Shown: positions 49,187 to 63,700 of the stretch, piece after piece
Numbering within the stretch: the first letter of the stretch is position 1
Layout: every line of letters starts with the position of its first letter
Origin: Eledone cirrhosa
Lineage: Eukaryota
Length of the DNA: 64,000 nt
Assembly (NCBI GenBank): GCA_964016885.1
Contig: OZ024742.1
Location: 210,118,001 to 210,182,000 of the forward strand
Direction: 5' to 3'
Program-made: the position numbers and the translations under genes
The notes under the pieces: generated by a model
Told to the model about the DNA's origin: nothing
Databases searched by the model: none
Seen by the model: the letters and a program-made list of their open reading frames with translations, nothing else

Positions 49187-52100
49187 TCACAGACGATTAC
49201 CGTCTCTTATTGATACTTCGTTATCATCCCATCTGCGTCCATGACTTCGTAGATGACTTTGTAGGCCAGCTATAGATCTGCATGGTGTACGACACATATG
49301 ACAGAAGAGAGTTGTACTTTCCACAGGACCGCTGGTGTCATCCTGTGAGACACAATCTTTATGTGCTACCATATGTCTTTTTAGTCCGGAACTAGTTCTA
49401 CACACTTTGTTGCATATCACGCACGTTGTTTCGCCATGTCTTTGTTGAGTGGTGTTGCAGGTGGTTATCCTTTCATGTGACTTCAGGTGATTAACAAAGC
49501 CACCCTTTGAGAGGACTACACGCTGACAGAAATTACATGTCCAACTATTGATGACTTCACCAAGACTGTGAGTGCAGCCCTTCCGGAGTTGACGCTACAG
49601 TTGTAGACGACATTGCTCAAACGTTCTGGAACTGCCCTTATGCGCTTTCTCCACTCAGCCCTATTTAGAGCTATCTCCTCCCAGTTGTCTATATCAAATG
49701 CCAGCTCTTTGAGACTGTTCTTGATGCTGTCCCTGAACCTCATTTTCAGCTTGTGTTGAGGTTTTTTTCCAAGATGGAACTCCCCGTAAAACAGTTGCTT
49801 CGGGATCCTGCTTTCTTTCATGCTGACGAAATGTTCTGTCCACCGTATTTGAGAAGATGTGACTTGGGACTTAATGCTTGGACATTCTGCTTTGATAAGA
49901 ACATGAATATCAGGAGTTCTGTCTTGCCACTTGATGTTGAATATGCGCCTTAAACATTTCTGCTGAAAATGCTCAAGCAATTTGGTGTGTTTGCGGAATA
50001 GTGTCCAGGTTTCGGCGGAGTATAAAAGAGCAGACAGAATACATGATCTATACATACACACCTTGGTATTGTTGGCAATGTTGCGATTTGCCCAAACTCT
50101 CTTTTCTAATTTTCCGAAAGCAACAGGGGCTCTCTGGATGCGCAGATGAATTTCAGCATCCAAGGAGCCATAATTTGAGAGTGTGCTACCCAAGTAGACA
50201 AATTTATGTACTACTCCCAGCCTGATTCCATCAACCATGATATTGGGCTCAGTATATGGTTCTCAGCAGCAGGAGTAAACATTTCTTTGGTCCTTTTAAG
50301 GCTGATTGTAAGCCCAAATGCAGTACACGAGGAGGAGAAATGTCCATAATGTGTTGCATGTCAGCTTCTGTGTGTGCTAGAAAATCAGCGTCGTAGGCGA
50401 AAGATTTTTGTCTTGGCATTAAACCTTAAGTTGAAAACCTTTCCAGTGGTTCTGAACCGTAAAAGAATGCCTCTGTCACAATCATGGAAAGCATGTATGA
50501 GCAAGGCAGCAAAGAAGATGGAGAAAAGTGTAGAAGCAGGAATATCACCTTGCTTTAATTGGAATTTACCCAGATAGTTGGCCATTGAAGGTAACCCGAG
50601 CTTTCATGTTTCTGTGCAGCTGCTTTAGCATACTCACAAACTTGGGTGGAAATCCCACTTTTCCAAGAATTATTCAGAGTGCATCTCTGTTAACTGTGTC
50701 AAAGGCCTTCGTTAGGTCGACAAAGACTTGATATAGAGGGACACACTGTTCAATGCATTTTACTTGTATTTGTCTTTCAGAGGAAATCATGTCAACTGTT
50801 CCCATTCCTCTTCTAAAACCACTCTGTGATTCTAGGATAGCTGTAGGACAGGTACCCTCCTCCAGTCTTTTGAGCAAAAGTCTTGCCAGAACCTTGCCAA
50901 CAACTTCCAACAAAGCGATGCCGCGGTAGTTTCCACATATCGACTTTTCACCTTTGCCTTTGTATAATGATAATAGAATACCGTTGATCCAGTCTTGCGG
51001 GACCGGGGTCCCATTCCAGCAATCAGTGATGAAGTTGTTTATTGCTTCTGTTACATTATCACCACCGACTTTCATAAGTTCAACTGGGATACCATCTGGA
51101 CCTGGTGCCTTGCCAGAGTTAACCTGCTTGACTACCAGCTTTATTTCATCGGCAGAGGGAAGTTGATCCATACGGTGGACTGTTTCACATTGAGGAAGGC
51201 CCTCAATCACTCCAAAATTAACCGCTGATGGGTTGTCAAACAGGTCAGTAAAATGTTCCTCCCAACGCTGAAGGATTTTTTACTGCTCTTTGATGATGAT
51301 ATTGGCATCGTCCTTAGATCCCAGAGGAGTTACTGAGGATGTTGGTGGGCCGAAGACTGGCGTATCAATGAGTAAAATGATTTCGAATCTTTGATGTTAA
51401 AAGCCTGTTGGATTTCCGAAAAGATATTACTCCACCACTCATTTTGCATCCTGCGCAGTTCGCGTTGCAGTGTTGCCTAGTGATCTTTGTAGTATTTCCT
51501 GACAACTGGTTGTGCTTCCGGATTCTGATCCAGAAGCTTTTCATAGAGACTGTGCTTGGTTAAGTAGCTCATTGATATTAGGATTGCTGTCATCGAACCA
51601 GTCCTGGTGCCCCTTGGTTCTGAAGCCAAGTACCTCAGCTCCCACTGAGTAAACTTGATCTCTAAAATTTTCCCAGGTGCCATCAAAATCAAGACCATCA
51701 ATTTTTTCAGTTAGGGTTCCACGCATATCTGCTTGCCTCAGTTTGGTGACAACAATGCGTTTTGGTGCTTTCACTCCACTCATACGAATTCTTTTGCGGG
51801 TGTTCATCTTGAACTTTCCTCGCATGAATTTGTGGTCAGTGTCACACTGCACTACGCCACACACACACTGTACATACATCACTTAGATCTCGTTTACAAG
51901 TGATGATGAAATCAATCATGTGTCCATGCTTGGATCTTGGATGATACCAGTTAGTTTTATATTTCAGCTTCTGACGGAAAAGAGTGTTGCAGATGGTTAA
52001 GTTGAGTTCTGAGCAGAGTTCAAGTAACCTCAGGCGGCTGGTGTCCATTTTACCAATATCAAATGGACCAATGGCCCCCACGTCTCGTGATCACTACCCA

Positions 52101-52930
52101 TACGAGCATTAAAATCACCGAGAAGTAATAATTTATCGTCAGCAGGTGTGAATGCAATGACAGCACGAATAGACTCATAGAAGGAATCAAGGACCACCTC
52201 ACTGGTCTATAGGGTTGGTGCATAAACAGATAAAACTGTTACATAACGGCCATGTTTCAGAGGAATACGAAGCTTCATAATGCAATCGGTTTTCACCAGT
52301 AGGACATTCTATACGATCAAGCAGGGATATTCTAATGGCGAAGCCAACACCGCCCTCTCTCCATTCAGCTATGAGTTTACCTAGCCAAAATAGAGAGAAG
52401 CCCGATAATACTTCTGTTAATTGATCTTCTCCCGCCAAACGTGTTTCAGATAAAGCTGCTATGTCTATGTTCAGTCTTCTGAGTTCTTGTCACAAGTGCA
52501 GTTCTACGCTCTGGATGTCCAGACGAGTTTCTGTCCAGGAGTGTCCTAACGTTCCAACAACAAATATTGAGTTTGACTCGATCTTTCGCGTATTTTTTGC
52601 ATTTTGCTTTATTCTTATTCCTGTTCGAGTGAGGCAAAGTAAGCTCAGAGCGCCTGTGTGAAGACTTGTGACTATAAGCTTCCAACTGGTCAGGTCTGCA
52701 CATGTTATCATTCATCTATCACAGCAGTATTTCAGAAATAGGATAGACGAAGAAAGATATAAGAGACATCTGTACATCAGTATATTATAGTGGTAAACGC
52801 TTGTACAACACGAGTACCACTCTCTGAGTATCCGCAACAAGAGTTCAGTGGCATGCCGGAGCAAGATGACAGGGAGTTGCTTCAACCGTAGGTTTTAAGA
52901 AGTTCCTTTCTCAATTAGTGACACCCATAC
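49187..52930 (-). mobile_element. Near full-length degenerate RTE-clade LINE with three C-terminal C2H2 fingers
   Basis: APE CCWNVRTLLD, GGVGFAI, LGDFNAR, TDH; RT GKAPGPDGIP, NYRGIALL, QSGFR, FVDLTKAFDTV, KQGD; FVYLGS, YSAETWT; many frameshifts. Confidence 0.93.
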
Positions 52931-55039
52931 ATACAACACACAACCACACACACACACATATATATATTACTGTCATAATACTATAATGTGGCAACTGTTG
53001 TCTTTTGAATGAGTGGATACAATTGAAGCTGTTAATGTGTTGCTGTTTAGAATTATCAAAAGAAAACATATGCAGGAAATCAATACCGTAGTTGGTGGCA
53101 AAATGTATTCAATGATGTTTTGATGGATACGAATTAATATATTTTCTTCCAAATATGGTCACCTCTTATCTAACTCTCAGATTAGTTTTAAGGCACCCTC
53201 CCTCCCCTACCCCATTATACTGACTTCATATTTCCTGCTATTAAATATATCAATGAGGGCGGTACATTGTAATTATATGCATTGTCAAATGAAAGGTCAA
53301 CTGTTTGACCTTTCGTTCATTGTCAGAGATATCTTTCGTCAACAATGGTGTTGTGATATTCATGCTTTTTTTTTTTTAAATATTGAAGGAAGAGTGAAAT
53401 AAATAAATGTGTATGAGTGTGTGCGTGCGTGTGTGTGCGTGCGTGTGTGTATGTGTAGCCGATCTCTCGAAGCACTGTGGAAATAAAGTTAATATAGAGA
53501 CTGGTGTGCTCCTGCTATAAAAAAAATTTATAAAATAGGGGGAAGGTTCTTAGTTGACAGAAAAAGAACTTTAAGGGTCTTCGCCCTATTTTATAAGCTA
53601 TTTTGTAGCATTCCGCACATAAGCACATCACTCTTTATATTAAATAAATAAATAAATAAATATAGCAACATGAGTGTTGTTGGAAACTTAGTGATTGATT
53701 TGGTTTGTCAGACAGAGGATATGTACTTGGTCGCTTGACCTGCTAGAAATAGCAGCCAAATATTCATCAAATCATAACTTGATGTCTAATAAAAAGGGGA
53801 GTGAGTATATTCGGTGTAATGTATTTCTAGGTGCACTAAAGAATAATATCGCTTGCCAATGCCTTGTCAAATGAAATCGTTATTATTAAGGGAGCCTTCA
53901 ACTCTTTACTTTACAGACTTTTCTCCTCAAAGCAAGAATAAATATTTATTTTGAAATAAAAATAAGGATTTTACTATTCATCAACGTTTGCATATTTGAA
54001 AAAAAAAAAGAAAAAGGAAAAACCAGTGAAATAGAAACCAGTGAAATAGGGAAATACGGGAAAGGAGGTGGGAACAGTCAATGCCGGATTTACCATTGTA
54101 CTTAAGTTGGCTTATCACAAGGCCCTGTTGACCAGGATGGCGGTCCATCTTCCTGCAAAAAAATGTGTTTATTTCCTTCAGGAGCTTCATAACTTAACTA
54201 ACACAGGGCCTCATTTATCCCTAATCCGGCACTGGGAACAATGAACTATATACCCCAATCTAAGCGGTGTATCTCAGTTACCGCACCGTAAACAAAATGG
54301 CGATGGTTTTGCCACGGAAAACAACCAGGCGGGATACACTCCTCCCGATTTTGCGGAGGAAAGCGGCAGTTTGGGGGCTGAATATACCAGAGATCTCGCT
54401 GGTGACCGACACGAAAAGGAAGCTGTCGTCATTCAAGACCCAAGAACTGCTTTTGTCCCTGCATGATATGTGTAAATGCTTCAACATTGACATATGTTGC
54501 ATCTTTTTTCTCTTTCACTTTCTCTCTCTCCCATTCTCTCTCTATCTTTTTCTCTCTCACCCCAAATGTATACAATCACGCTTACATAATCAGACTTCAG
54601 GTACATGTAGGTCAGGGAAAATAAGATTCTCTCACGTTCATAATTTTCTTTAAAATATTAGAGTTAGCTTATATAAGTGACGCGAAATTACTTTAATGGG
54701 GAATCGAAACCACCAACGATGTCACAGACACGTTTCACCTTGTAGGTGTTTCCTATGACTTTTGCCGCTCTTCTCAATATACGTATAAACACATGCAGGC
54801 ATACATTATGAAGTTAAATCTTTCGTATTTATCGATGTTATATGGTACTATTATATATATGCGGGAAATTACACAACACCGGCTAAGAACAACAGGGCTC
54901 AAAGCTGAAACTGAGGGATTGTGGCATAGAATCAAAACCTCCCCACCAGAAACCACCAAGAGCACATTATAATGTAGAATATGTGGAGATAGAGAAGAAA
55001 CAAATAACCACATTGTTTCTGGCGGCTCAGTCTTAGCCA

Positions 55040-55780
55040 AGAAAAGATACATCAGCTTGTATCGCAATCATCTTTATAATGTGTCCCACATTCTAAACGC
55101 CTGCAAAATACTTGCACAGAAAGTCTACAAATGACGTCATGATAAAGCACTGAAATGTGACAAAACGTTACAAAATGAATCTGCAAAAATCTTGTGGAAT
55201 TTTAATATTCCAACCGATACCGACCGATCGAATCGATCGACAAGATCCCGGACCTCGTTTACCGGATGGGATGGAACTCGTCAAATTGAACCAATAAAAC
55301 AATGTTTCCATTGGTCTTTCCATTGTTGGTACTATCTACCGTTCGCAACTCCTGGTAGAAAGAACAACGTGAAATAAAGTGTTTTGCTCAAGGACATAAC
55401 GCATCACTTGGTCCAGGAATCAAACTCGCAAACTCACGATTGCGAAGCCAATTCTCTAACCACTAAGCCACGCAGTTTCACAAACGATACAGTGATAGAG
55501 CATTGTTGAATTTATATTGTTGTAGTTAAGAGACACGAAAATGTTAGATTATAGATGTTGTCATTCCAAGTGAGCACAATATAGTTAGCAAGAGGCACAA
55601 AAAAGTGATACTTCTTCGGAGCTTAAAAAATGTAGAAGCCACAAACTACAGTTGTGTCACTAGTAGCTGATGCCATTGGCACCTTCCCTAGCAAGATAAC
55701 AACATACATGAATGAGTTAAATACAAGACCTAACATTGTATCTTTACAAAGTCGGCACTTCTTGAAACTGATGGAGAGCA
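55040..55780 (+). pseudogene. R4/Dong-type (restriction-like endonuclease) non-LTR element 3' remnant
   Basis: VSHILNACKILAQKVYK*RHD..NESAKILWNFNIPTD, then after a SINE-A: IVVVK..IIDVVIPSEHNIVSK..TVVSLVADAIGTFP..LQ..ALLET. Confidence 0.75.
55260..55475 (-). mobile_element. SINE family A nested in the R4-like remnant
   Basis: GTGAAATAAAGTGTTTTGCTCAAGGACA..AACCACTAAGCCACG matches 218-317. Confidence 0.75.
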
Positions 55781-58014
55781 CATAAAATATCTCCGGTTAA
55801 GTCTTTAAATCCCTGTTAAGATAATAGTGGTTTCTGATTTAGGCACAATGCCAACAGTTTTCATGAAGGGGAAAGTCAATTAAATCGACCCCCGGTGCGT
55901 TACTGGTACTTCATTTTATCGAGCCCTTAAGGGTGAAAGGTAAGGCTAACTTCGGTGGCATTTGAACTCAGAATGTAAAGGAATCTAACTACATTCTGCA
56001 AAGCATATTGTCCGACGCGCTGCCGATACTGCCAATCCACCAGGGCCGAAACATTATGGACAGTACAAGAGACAGGTTACAATGAGGATTTACATTTAGA
56101 AGCGTGTCAAAAGAGCTAACAGGTAACAAAGAAACAATGAAAATTCTTGACAAAAGAAATCTCCGATAGGAGAAAGCTCCAGCCAGAGGTCAGTTTGGAA
56201 TCCTACAGATCCAAAACAACTCTGAATACCAAGAACTCCATGAAAAAGTGCCCCTTTCCTCACTGTACTCTCCAGCCTACAGGCACATGTTCAGTATAGG
56301 ACCATTCACTCGGACCATCCTCGTAACTTCACCCACCTTTTATCAAATGTACTGAGGTGCAGCACTTTCCTTTCTACCCTCATCTTCCTTTCCAAATAGA
56401 ATTTGAAAACGTCGATGACCGCTTGGCCAAAGAGGAACGTGTCGGACTTTAGTCCTTACGACTTACATATTAAAATGGATTACAGAGACATATGAGTATG
56501 TAAATACATTATATAAAAACAAAGGGATGGCCGAAAATGTTCTACAATATATTGAAGCAGATTAAAAGTTGTTAATTTAAACACAGCTAAGTTACACAAA
56601 AAATAAATATGTATATATATAAATATAAATTAAAAAAATATAATTTAAATAAAATCAGGACAATACGGGTGATAAGCTGCCGCCTTGATTTGGTCAAGAC
56701 ACTCTCCGATTTGTACCACCTTCCTCTTCCACTATCCTCAAAATGTTTAGAGCCGAGAGTACGCGGTAGCTAAAGCATATATGTACACAGACTTTTGATT
56801 TGGTTCTTATTAGCCGTAACTATATGCCACAAAGCATGTTGTCCGACGCTCTACTGATACTGCCAAACCCTAAACAAACAAAAAATCTAAAATAATTAGA
56901 TTAATCTTTTGAAAGCTTCATCAACATTTTCGTGTTGTGTATATGTGCATTTATGTTTATACAGTTTAACAACCGGTGCTGGATTATACAGCCCATTTTG
57001 TAGGATGACTACAGAAAGTTTCTTCCATTTTATGCTCTTATATCTAATGAAAACCAACGTCTGAAACGGTACCACGATGTCACAGCATATCAGGCGGACA
57101 GGTTTGATTAAGATAAAGATTATTCTAAAAATGATTTTATTGCTTGTAAAGTTATCATTTTGGGTGCTTTGAAGAACACACGCAAACACACTCACACACA
57201 AACACACTCACACACTCACACACACTCACACACAATTTCACGAACGACTGTCTTTATGAGTTTTATGCCTGTCGTATTCTTAAATTAAATTAACAAAATA
57301 CATATTTATTCAACACAGTAAAAAGTAAATACACACCTAACAACTCACCTAACTTGAACAACTCCAATCCAAACAATAATGCAACATATCCATTGTCTGG
57401 CAATGTTATTCTTATTATTAATATCTATAATCTAGGTAGAGGATTGGTAAAATGGGTAGAACATCGGACAAAATGATCAACAATATTTGTTCCGAGTTCA
57501 AATTCCGCCGAGGTCAAATTCCGAGTTGGATGAAATAAAGCAGCTGTCAAGTGCAGGGGTTAGTATAATAATCTATTCCTCCATTCCTCGTACATCCTGC
57601 GTCTAAACAATGCTTTAACTATGGAACTAAGTTGAAGGAATAATCTGTTGTACCCACAACATTTATAATATTCTTAAGACAATTGACTGATAAACTTTGG
57701 AACGAAATTGATGTTATATTCTACGATAGATACAACATTTATATTGTTTATTATATTATTCATAATAACTGCATAGAGTTACGGCCCTTTATGGTCTGAG
57801 TTCAAATCCCGCCGAGGTTAGCTTTGCCTTTCATCCTTACGGGGTCGATAAAATAGTAGCAGTAATGCATTGGAGTCGATTTAATCGACTTTGCCCTTCC
57901 CCTCAAATTTCTGGCCTTGTGCCTAAAGTAGATGTAATTATTCATAATAAATTATTGATGAATAAATATATAAAATTAAGTATGATATATATATATCTAT
58001 ATATATATACAATA

Positions 58015-60281
58015 TAGAGGAACTGTGGGAATTCCTGAAAAATAACCTGCTAAAGGCGACGGATGAAATCTGTGACTAGAGTAGACTTTTAGGCAGGAGG
58101 AGGGTAACATGGTGGTGGAACAGTAAGGTGGAGGAGTCAATCAAGGGCAGAAAACAGGCTTGGAAAGAATGGCAGGGTGTGGGTAGTAGAAAACTCTATC
58201 AGGTAACTAAGAGAGAAGCTAGACAACAAGTATATTTTGCAAAGAGGGAAGCAGAGGATAGTAAGTTCAAGCATATTCTACAACGCGAGGACCAAAAACG
58301 TGAGGTGTTCAGGATTGCTAGACAATGTGTCAAGGAAAATTGTGATATTTTCGGAGAGAAGTGAGTCCATAATGATGATGGTATACTTGCCCTCACTGTT
58401 ACTAAAAAGAAGGTGGCTTGGGAGTGTCACTACGAGAGACTACTAAAGGAGGAGAATGAATGGGACAAATTAATCCAACAGAGGGACCAGCTGTGCAAAT
58501 TAATGGTAGTATAGTAAATAAGGCAATCAAAGATATGAAGACAGGCAATGCAGCTGGGCCTTCGGAGATAGTTTCTGAAATGTTGAAAGCATCTGGAATG
58601 GTGGGGCATAGTATGGTCATCCGGATAGTAAGCCAATACAGAATGGGGTCATACCAAATACTGGCGTAGCAGCAGCATCGTCAACTGCTACAAGGGCAAG
58701 GGAGACGCCCTAGATAGAGGAAACTATAGAGGCATTAAGTTAGTTGACCGAGTCATGAAGGTCACAGAAAGAGTTATTGCACAACAGATTAGAGACCGAA
58801 TTGATCTAGATGAAATGCAGTTTGGGTTTGTGCCAGGTAAAAGTACCACGGATGCTATCTTCCTTGTACGGCAACTACAGGAGAAGTACCTAGCTAAAAG
58901 TACACCCCTCTACTTAGCTTTTGTTGACTTGGAGAAAGCCTTTCACAGAGTCCCCCGCTCCATTATCTGGTGGGCTCTTAGAAAACTAGGTGTAGATGAG
59001 TGGCTTGTGAGAGCTATACAAGCCATGTATAGAGGAACAGTCAGCAAGATTAGAATTAACAATGAATGGCTAGTGAAGAATTTAGCGTAAAAGTAGGTGT
59101 TCACCAAGGCTCTGCCCTTAGCCCCTTCCTGTTTATTATTGCCCTACAAGCTATAACAGAAGAGTTCAATACTGGCTGCCCATGGGAACTATATGCAGAT
59201 GATCTCACTCTCGTAGCTGAATCTATGGCTGAACTAGAGAAGAAATTCAAAAACATGGAAGCATGGCCTAGAATCAAAAGGCCTTAAAGTTAACTTGTCT
59301 AAGACTAAAGTTCTAGTATGTAGAAAGGAGAATAGGGCACAGGTGCCCTCTGGGAAATGGTCATGCTCAGTATGTAGGAAAGGAGTAGGTAGAAATTCAA
59401 TTCTATGCCCCAACTGCAAACGATGGGTACATAAAAGATGTAGTGGGATCACAGGCAAGCTATCTAAGAATGTAGATTTTATGTGGCCGATTCTCGGGTG
59501 GAGTAAGTAGTGAGTGCCCAAATGGTTCTACAGAAATAGTAGACATTTTCTGTTATCTGAGTGACAAAATCAGGAGTGGGAGAGGGTGTTCTGAAAGTAC
59601 AGTAGCCAGAGTTAGAATGGGATAGAAAAAGTTCAAAGAGCTATTACCGCTGTTGGCCATAAAGGGTTTTTCTCTAAAAATGAAAGGCAGATTGTATGAT
59701 GCTTGTATACGAATAGCAATGCTACATGGTAGCGAGACCTGGGCATTGTGTGCAGAAGACTTGCGTAGATTAAAAAGAAACGAAGCTTGCATGCTCCGAT
59801 GGATGTGTAATAGTAATGTACGTGAACGGCAAAGCATAAATGAATTGAGAAAGAGACTAAGCATAAGAGGTATCAAATGTTGTGTGCAGGAGAGGAAATT
59901 GCGCTACAGTCAGTTGGCACCGCTTAACCCATTATACACCCCTCCCCACACCCTACTCTATCCTCCCACTTCCGTCCACATCACCCTTTCTCTGTAAAGT
60001 TATGTTGGTACCACAGAACATCCAATCCCCACTGTAAAGTGGTAGTGTAGGTGACACGACCAAAATCACACAGTCCACACTGTAAAGTGGTCGAGTAGGA
60101 GACAAGGTAAAAAGGTTCCCAGTCGACACTGTAAATGAGGTTGGCGTTAGGAAAGGCATCCAACCGTAGAAACCTAGCAAGAAACAGTTCTATACGAACG
60201 AGACACGGTCACCCAACCAATCTTGCCTCAAATGGGACAAATCCGTCCAATCCATGCTAGCGTGGAAGATGGACGCTGAAC

Positions 60282-60313
<32 letters not shown>
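58015..60313 (+). mobile_element. 5'-truncated RTE-clade LINE with Cys-rich (PHD-like) insert and (GAT)n tail
   Basis: NYRGIKL, QFGFVPGKSTTDAIF, AFVDLEKAF, GVHQGSALSPFLF, LYADDL, CSVCRKGVGRNSILCPNCKRWVHKRCSGI, HGSETW; 3' UTR ends GGACGCTGAAC(GAT)n. A SINE-B 3' part follows at 60317-60413. Confidence 0.93.
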
Positions 60314-60314
<1 letters not shown>

Positions 60315-60532
60315 AATAATTGTTTCTACTTTTGGCACAAGGCTAGCAATTATCCCAGTGTATTACTGGTACTTTATTTTATCGACCCCGTAAGGATGAA
60401 AGGCAAAGTTAACTGATGATGATAATAATGATGATATATATTAAGGAAAATAAAAACCTGTCTGTGACGCCTAGTGGTTTCGGCTTGTATTCGACCGGCC
60501 TTTTCATGCTTATTCCCAGTCATAGAGTACTA

Positions 60533-60790
60533 CAGGGGCTATGGAATTGGGGTGGGGTCAAGGGGTTTTACCCTCCTTCCCCTATAATTATATTTTTCTC
60601 CCCAAACTACCAAAACACACATCTATATGTATATGCGGTACAATTTATGTACATGTTATGTAGAGACAGACGGGAAAGATAGATATAGAGAAAGGGAGAG
60701 TTTGGTGGTAATTGATATAGATAGGAAGGTCGGGAGAGTGTGTGTATATTAGATATAGAGAGGGGGAGAGATTGATATTTATTGATATTT
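60533..60790 (+). mobile_element. CAGGGG-MITE long form, truncated by the LINE 3' end
   Basis: CAGGGGCTATGGAATTGG, family core and GATATAGAGA units. Confidence 0.75.
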
Positions 60791-63700
60791 ATTTCTATTT
60801 ATTTGCCACCAGGGCATCAAAGATTGGGACAAATACAAAGGGGGGAGTTTACATACATTTAAAAAGACGTGTAAAAAACATATAACAAATTAAATTTAAC
60901 AATCGATGTCCTCAATAGGGAGGGGCGTTGACATGGGTCGCACACACCCCCGAAAAAATGTGCAACCCTCCTCTTCAGGAGCACAAAGAGCGGGTGCTTC
61001 CTTCCTCTTCTCATTCTTCTCCTCTCTCACCTACAGGCTGATATAGAGAGAAGGCCCATTCACTCGGGCCATTCTCGCTACTTTCACCCATCTTTCATAA
61101 AACTTGCTGGGGTAGAGCACCTCTCTCTCCATTCTGATCCTTCTTCTAAATTGGTACTTGAAAAAAAAGACCAGTTGTTGGCCGGAGAGATAGGTGTCTG
61201 ACCTCAGCCCTTTCAACCTTGTCCACCATACAACTTCTTTCGCCATGGCTATCACACAGAGGAAAACCGCCTCTCCTTCGTTTTTGAAAGGGGGAGGCGG
61301 TTTGATTGTGACAATGTTCTCGGTGGTCAACCGGATTGGTCCCACCCGCGACAGTAGTCGTTCTACATAGCCCCACAGGTCAGCAACGCCCGGGCAGTGT
61401 ACGAATGCGTGTGCGACGGTTTCCTCGTCACGCACGCATCTTGGACAGATCTTCTTCGAGGGGTCCCTACCCGGGCGCCCGTGTCTGTCGAGCTTGTCCC
61501 GAACGGGTAGAGCTCCTCGGTGACATTGCCAATCCAGGGACTTTTGGAAGTTGTCCATCGGTCCCGGGCCAAACGTCCTACCGAACAGACTGGCCAGCTC
61601 GTCTTCCTCTATGCCCAGAGCCTCTTCGAGAGCGTCGTCGCACTTACTGCGCACCAACCCTCTATAGAATGTTGAGGTTGAGTCTCCACTGATTGCCGGA
61701 TCCGCTTGCCAGAGGGCCGTGAGCGCCTGGGCACATTCAATGTGCCAGTCGCCCACTTTTCTCGGTCTTTGCTTGACCCAGGATTGCAGCTCGGTGAGTG
61801 AAAGGAGTCTCGGAAAGGCTCGCCTCACAAACAGGGCCCACACCGGCTGACCGGTGAGGAATACCTGGAGGTGCCGTAGCCTTAATGCGTGTCTACGCAT
61901 CGTCAGCCACGGCATCCCCAGCCCTCCGTTCGAAGGGTGTTGACAGCAGATGGATCTTCTCACCAAAGGAACCCGCTTCTTCCAAAGAAATCGGAAGAGC
62001 GCGCGCTCCATTTTGGCGAGTGTTTTCTCTGGGCAAGGCACGACGGTCAAGCGGTAGTAGATGACGGACGCTATATAAGCGTTCGCCACCTCCGCTCGAC
62101 CTTTCAGGGATAGTTTGCACTCGGCCCACTTCTGGGCGAGTGCAAACACCTTGCCCGTTACCTCGTCCCAGTTTTTCTCCACCTGGAGGTCCGGTCCGAA
62201 CCAGACCCCGAGCAGCTTCACCGGTCCCTCCGTCCAGCGTCCGATGATGCCGTCGGAGGGCATCGTTTTGCCCCTCCACGTCCCGAGTTGCAAACCGACG
62301 GACTTGTCCCGGTTCAGCTTGGCTCCTGTGAACCTTTCATATTCCTTCAGTAAGGTGCCGATCTGCCCGATTTCCGAGGCGCACGACACCATTACTGTCA
62401 CGTCATCGGCGTAGGCCGACACCGCTTTCCGCAATCCCGGTTCCAAGGGGATGCCCTGCAACAGCTCCAGCTTCCTCAGTAGTGGCTCGAGAGCCAGCAC
62501 ATACAGAAGGGAGGAGAGAGGGCATCCCTGTCGAATGGATCGCGTGATTTGGAACGGCTCCGAGAGGTAACCGTTCACCTTGACCCTCGAGCAGGTGTTG
62601 CTGCTGTGCATTGCAGCAATCCAGCCCTTGAAAACGGGTCCGAAGCCTGCCGCCGCGAGCACCGCATCCAGGTACCGATGGTCAACCCTATCGAACGCTT
62701 TAGATTGATCCAAGTTGATCAGGGCCCCACCAAAGCCGAGTTCGTTCCCTACCCTCTCTACGATGTATCGCATGAGGTGGAGGTTGTCGTGTATGGACCT
62801 GGACGCGATTGTGCATGTCTGCGCTTCTCCCAACAGGTTCCCGACGACAAGCGCCAACCTCTTCGCTAACACCTTGGCCAAAATCTTTAACTCTGTGTTT
62901 AGCAGAGTTATGGGCCTGAAGTTATCTATGTCATCCCCCTTGTTCTCGTCCTTCCTCACCAGCGTGACTACGCCCTTGGTCACAGAACTGGGAATTCTCC
63001 CGTTCTGTTGCCAGTTGCAGTAGACCGCCTCGAGGAGACCGGAGAACAAGCCCGGCATCGCTACATAAAGTTCGTATGGTAGACCATCGAGACCCTGAGA
63101 TTTGCGTTTGCCGCATTGGCTCAGCGCTTCCCCTATTTCAGTGGCTGAAATCGGCCTCTCGCAGGACTTCGCCTCCCCGTCCGAGAGCCGCGCCAGACCG
63201 TCGAGGTATGGACCGAAATCCATGGCCCCACCCGGCCCGCCGCCCCTCCCGAACAGCCGTGCAAAGCGCCGTTGAAAGGCCGCGCTCATCCGCTCAGGTT
63301 CAAGGATCACGCGTCCATCCTGGTCCTTCAAAGACCGAATCGTGGACTTGTTTCCACTTTTTGCCTCTGTCACTCGGGCCCAGCTAACAGCTTTGGCTCC
63401 CTCGTTACCCAGAGCACGTATTTTACTCCTGACAACGCAGCCCTCGTGCTTCGCATCAAAGAACTGGTCTAGGGCCGTTCTTGACGCCAGCACGCCGGCC
63501 ACGTTGCCACTCCTAATCGCCTCTTCTACTCTATTTGTTAATTCCCTTTCAGTTCTATTCCTATCTGATGCTAATTCCCGACTAAAACCTATCGATTCTA
63601 TTCTAATTTCTCTCTTGAGAGAGTCCCACCACCTGTTGTTGACAATTGCCCCCGTCAAACGCTGCTTAACTAGTGTGCTAATCCGCTTACTGTAAGCTTT

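Noticed and set aside
54267-54653. 128-aa ORF with AAAATGGCG start in a CpG-richer patch
   Set aside because: No recognisable domain and it runs into CT low-complexity sequence; could be a promoter or repeat but unsupported.
61146-63695. Overlapping and antisense ORFs within the LINE
   Set aside because: Shadow ORFs of a GC-rich coding sequence.
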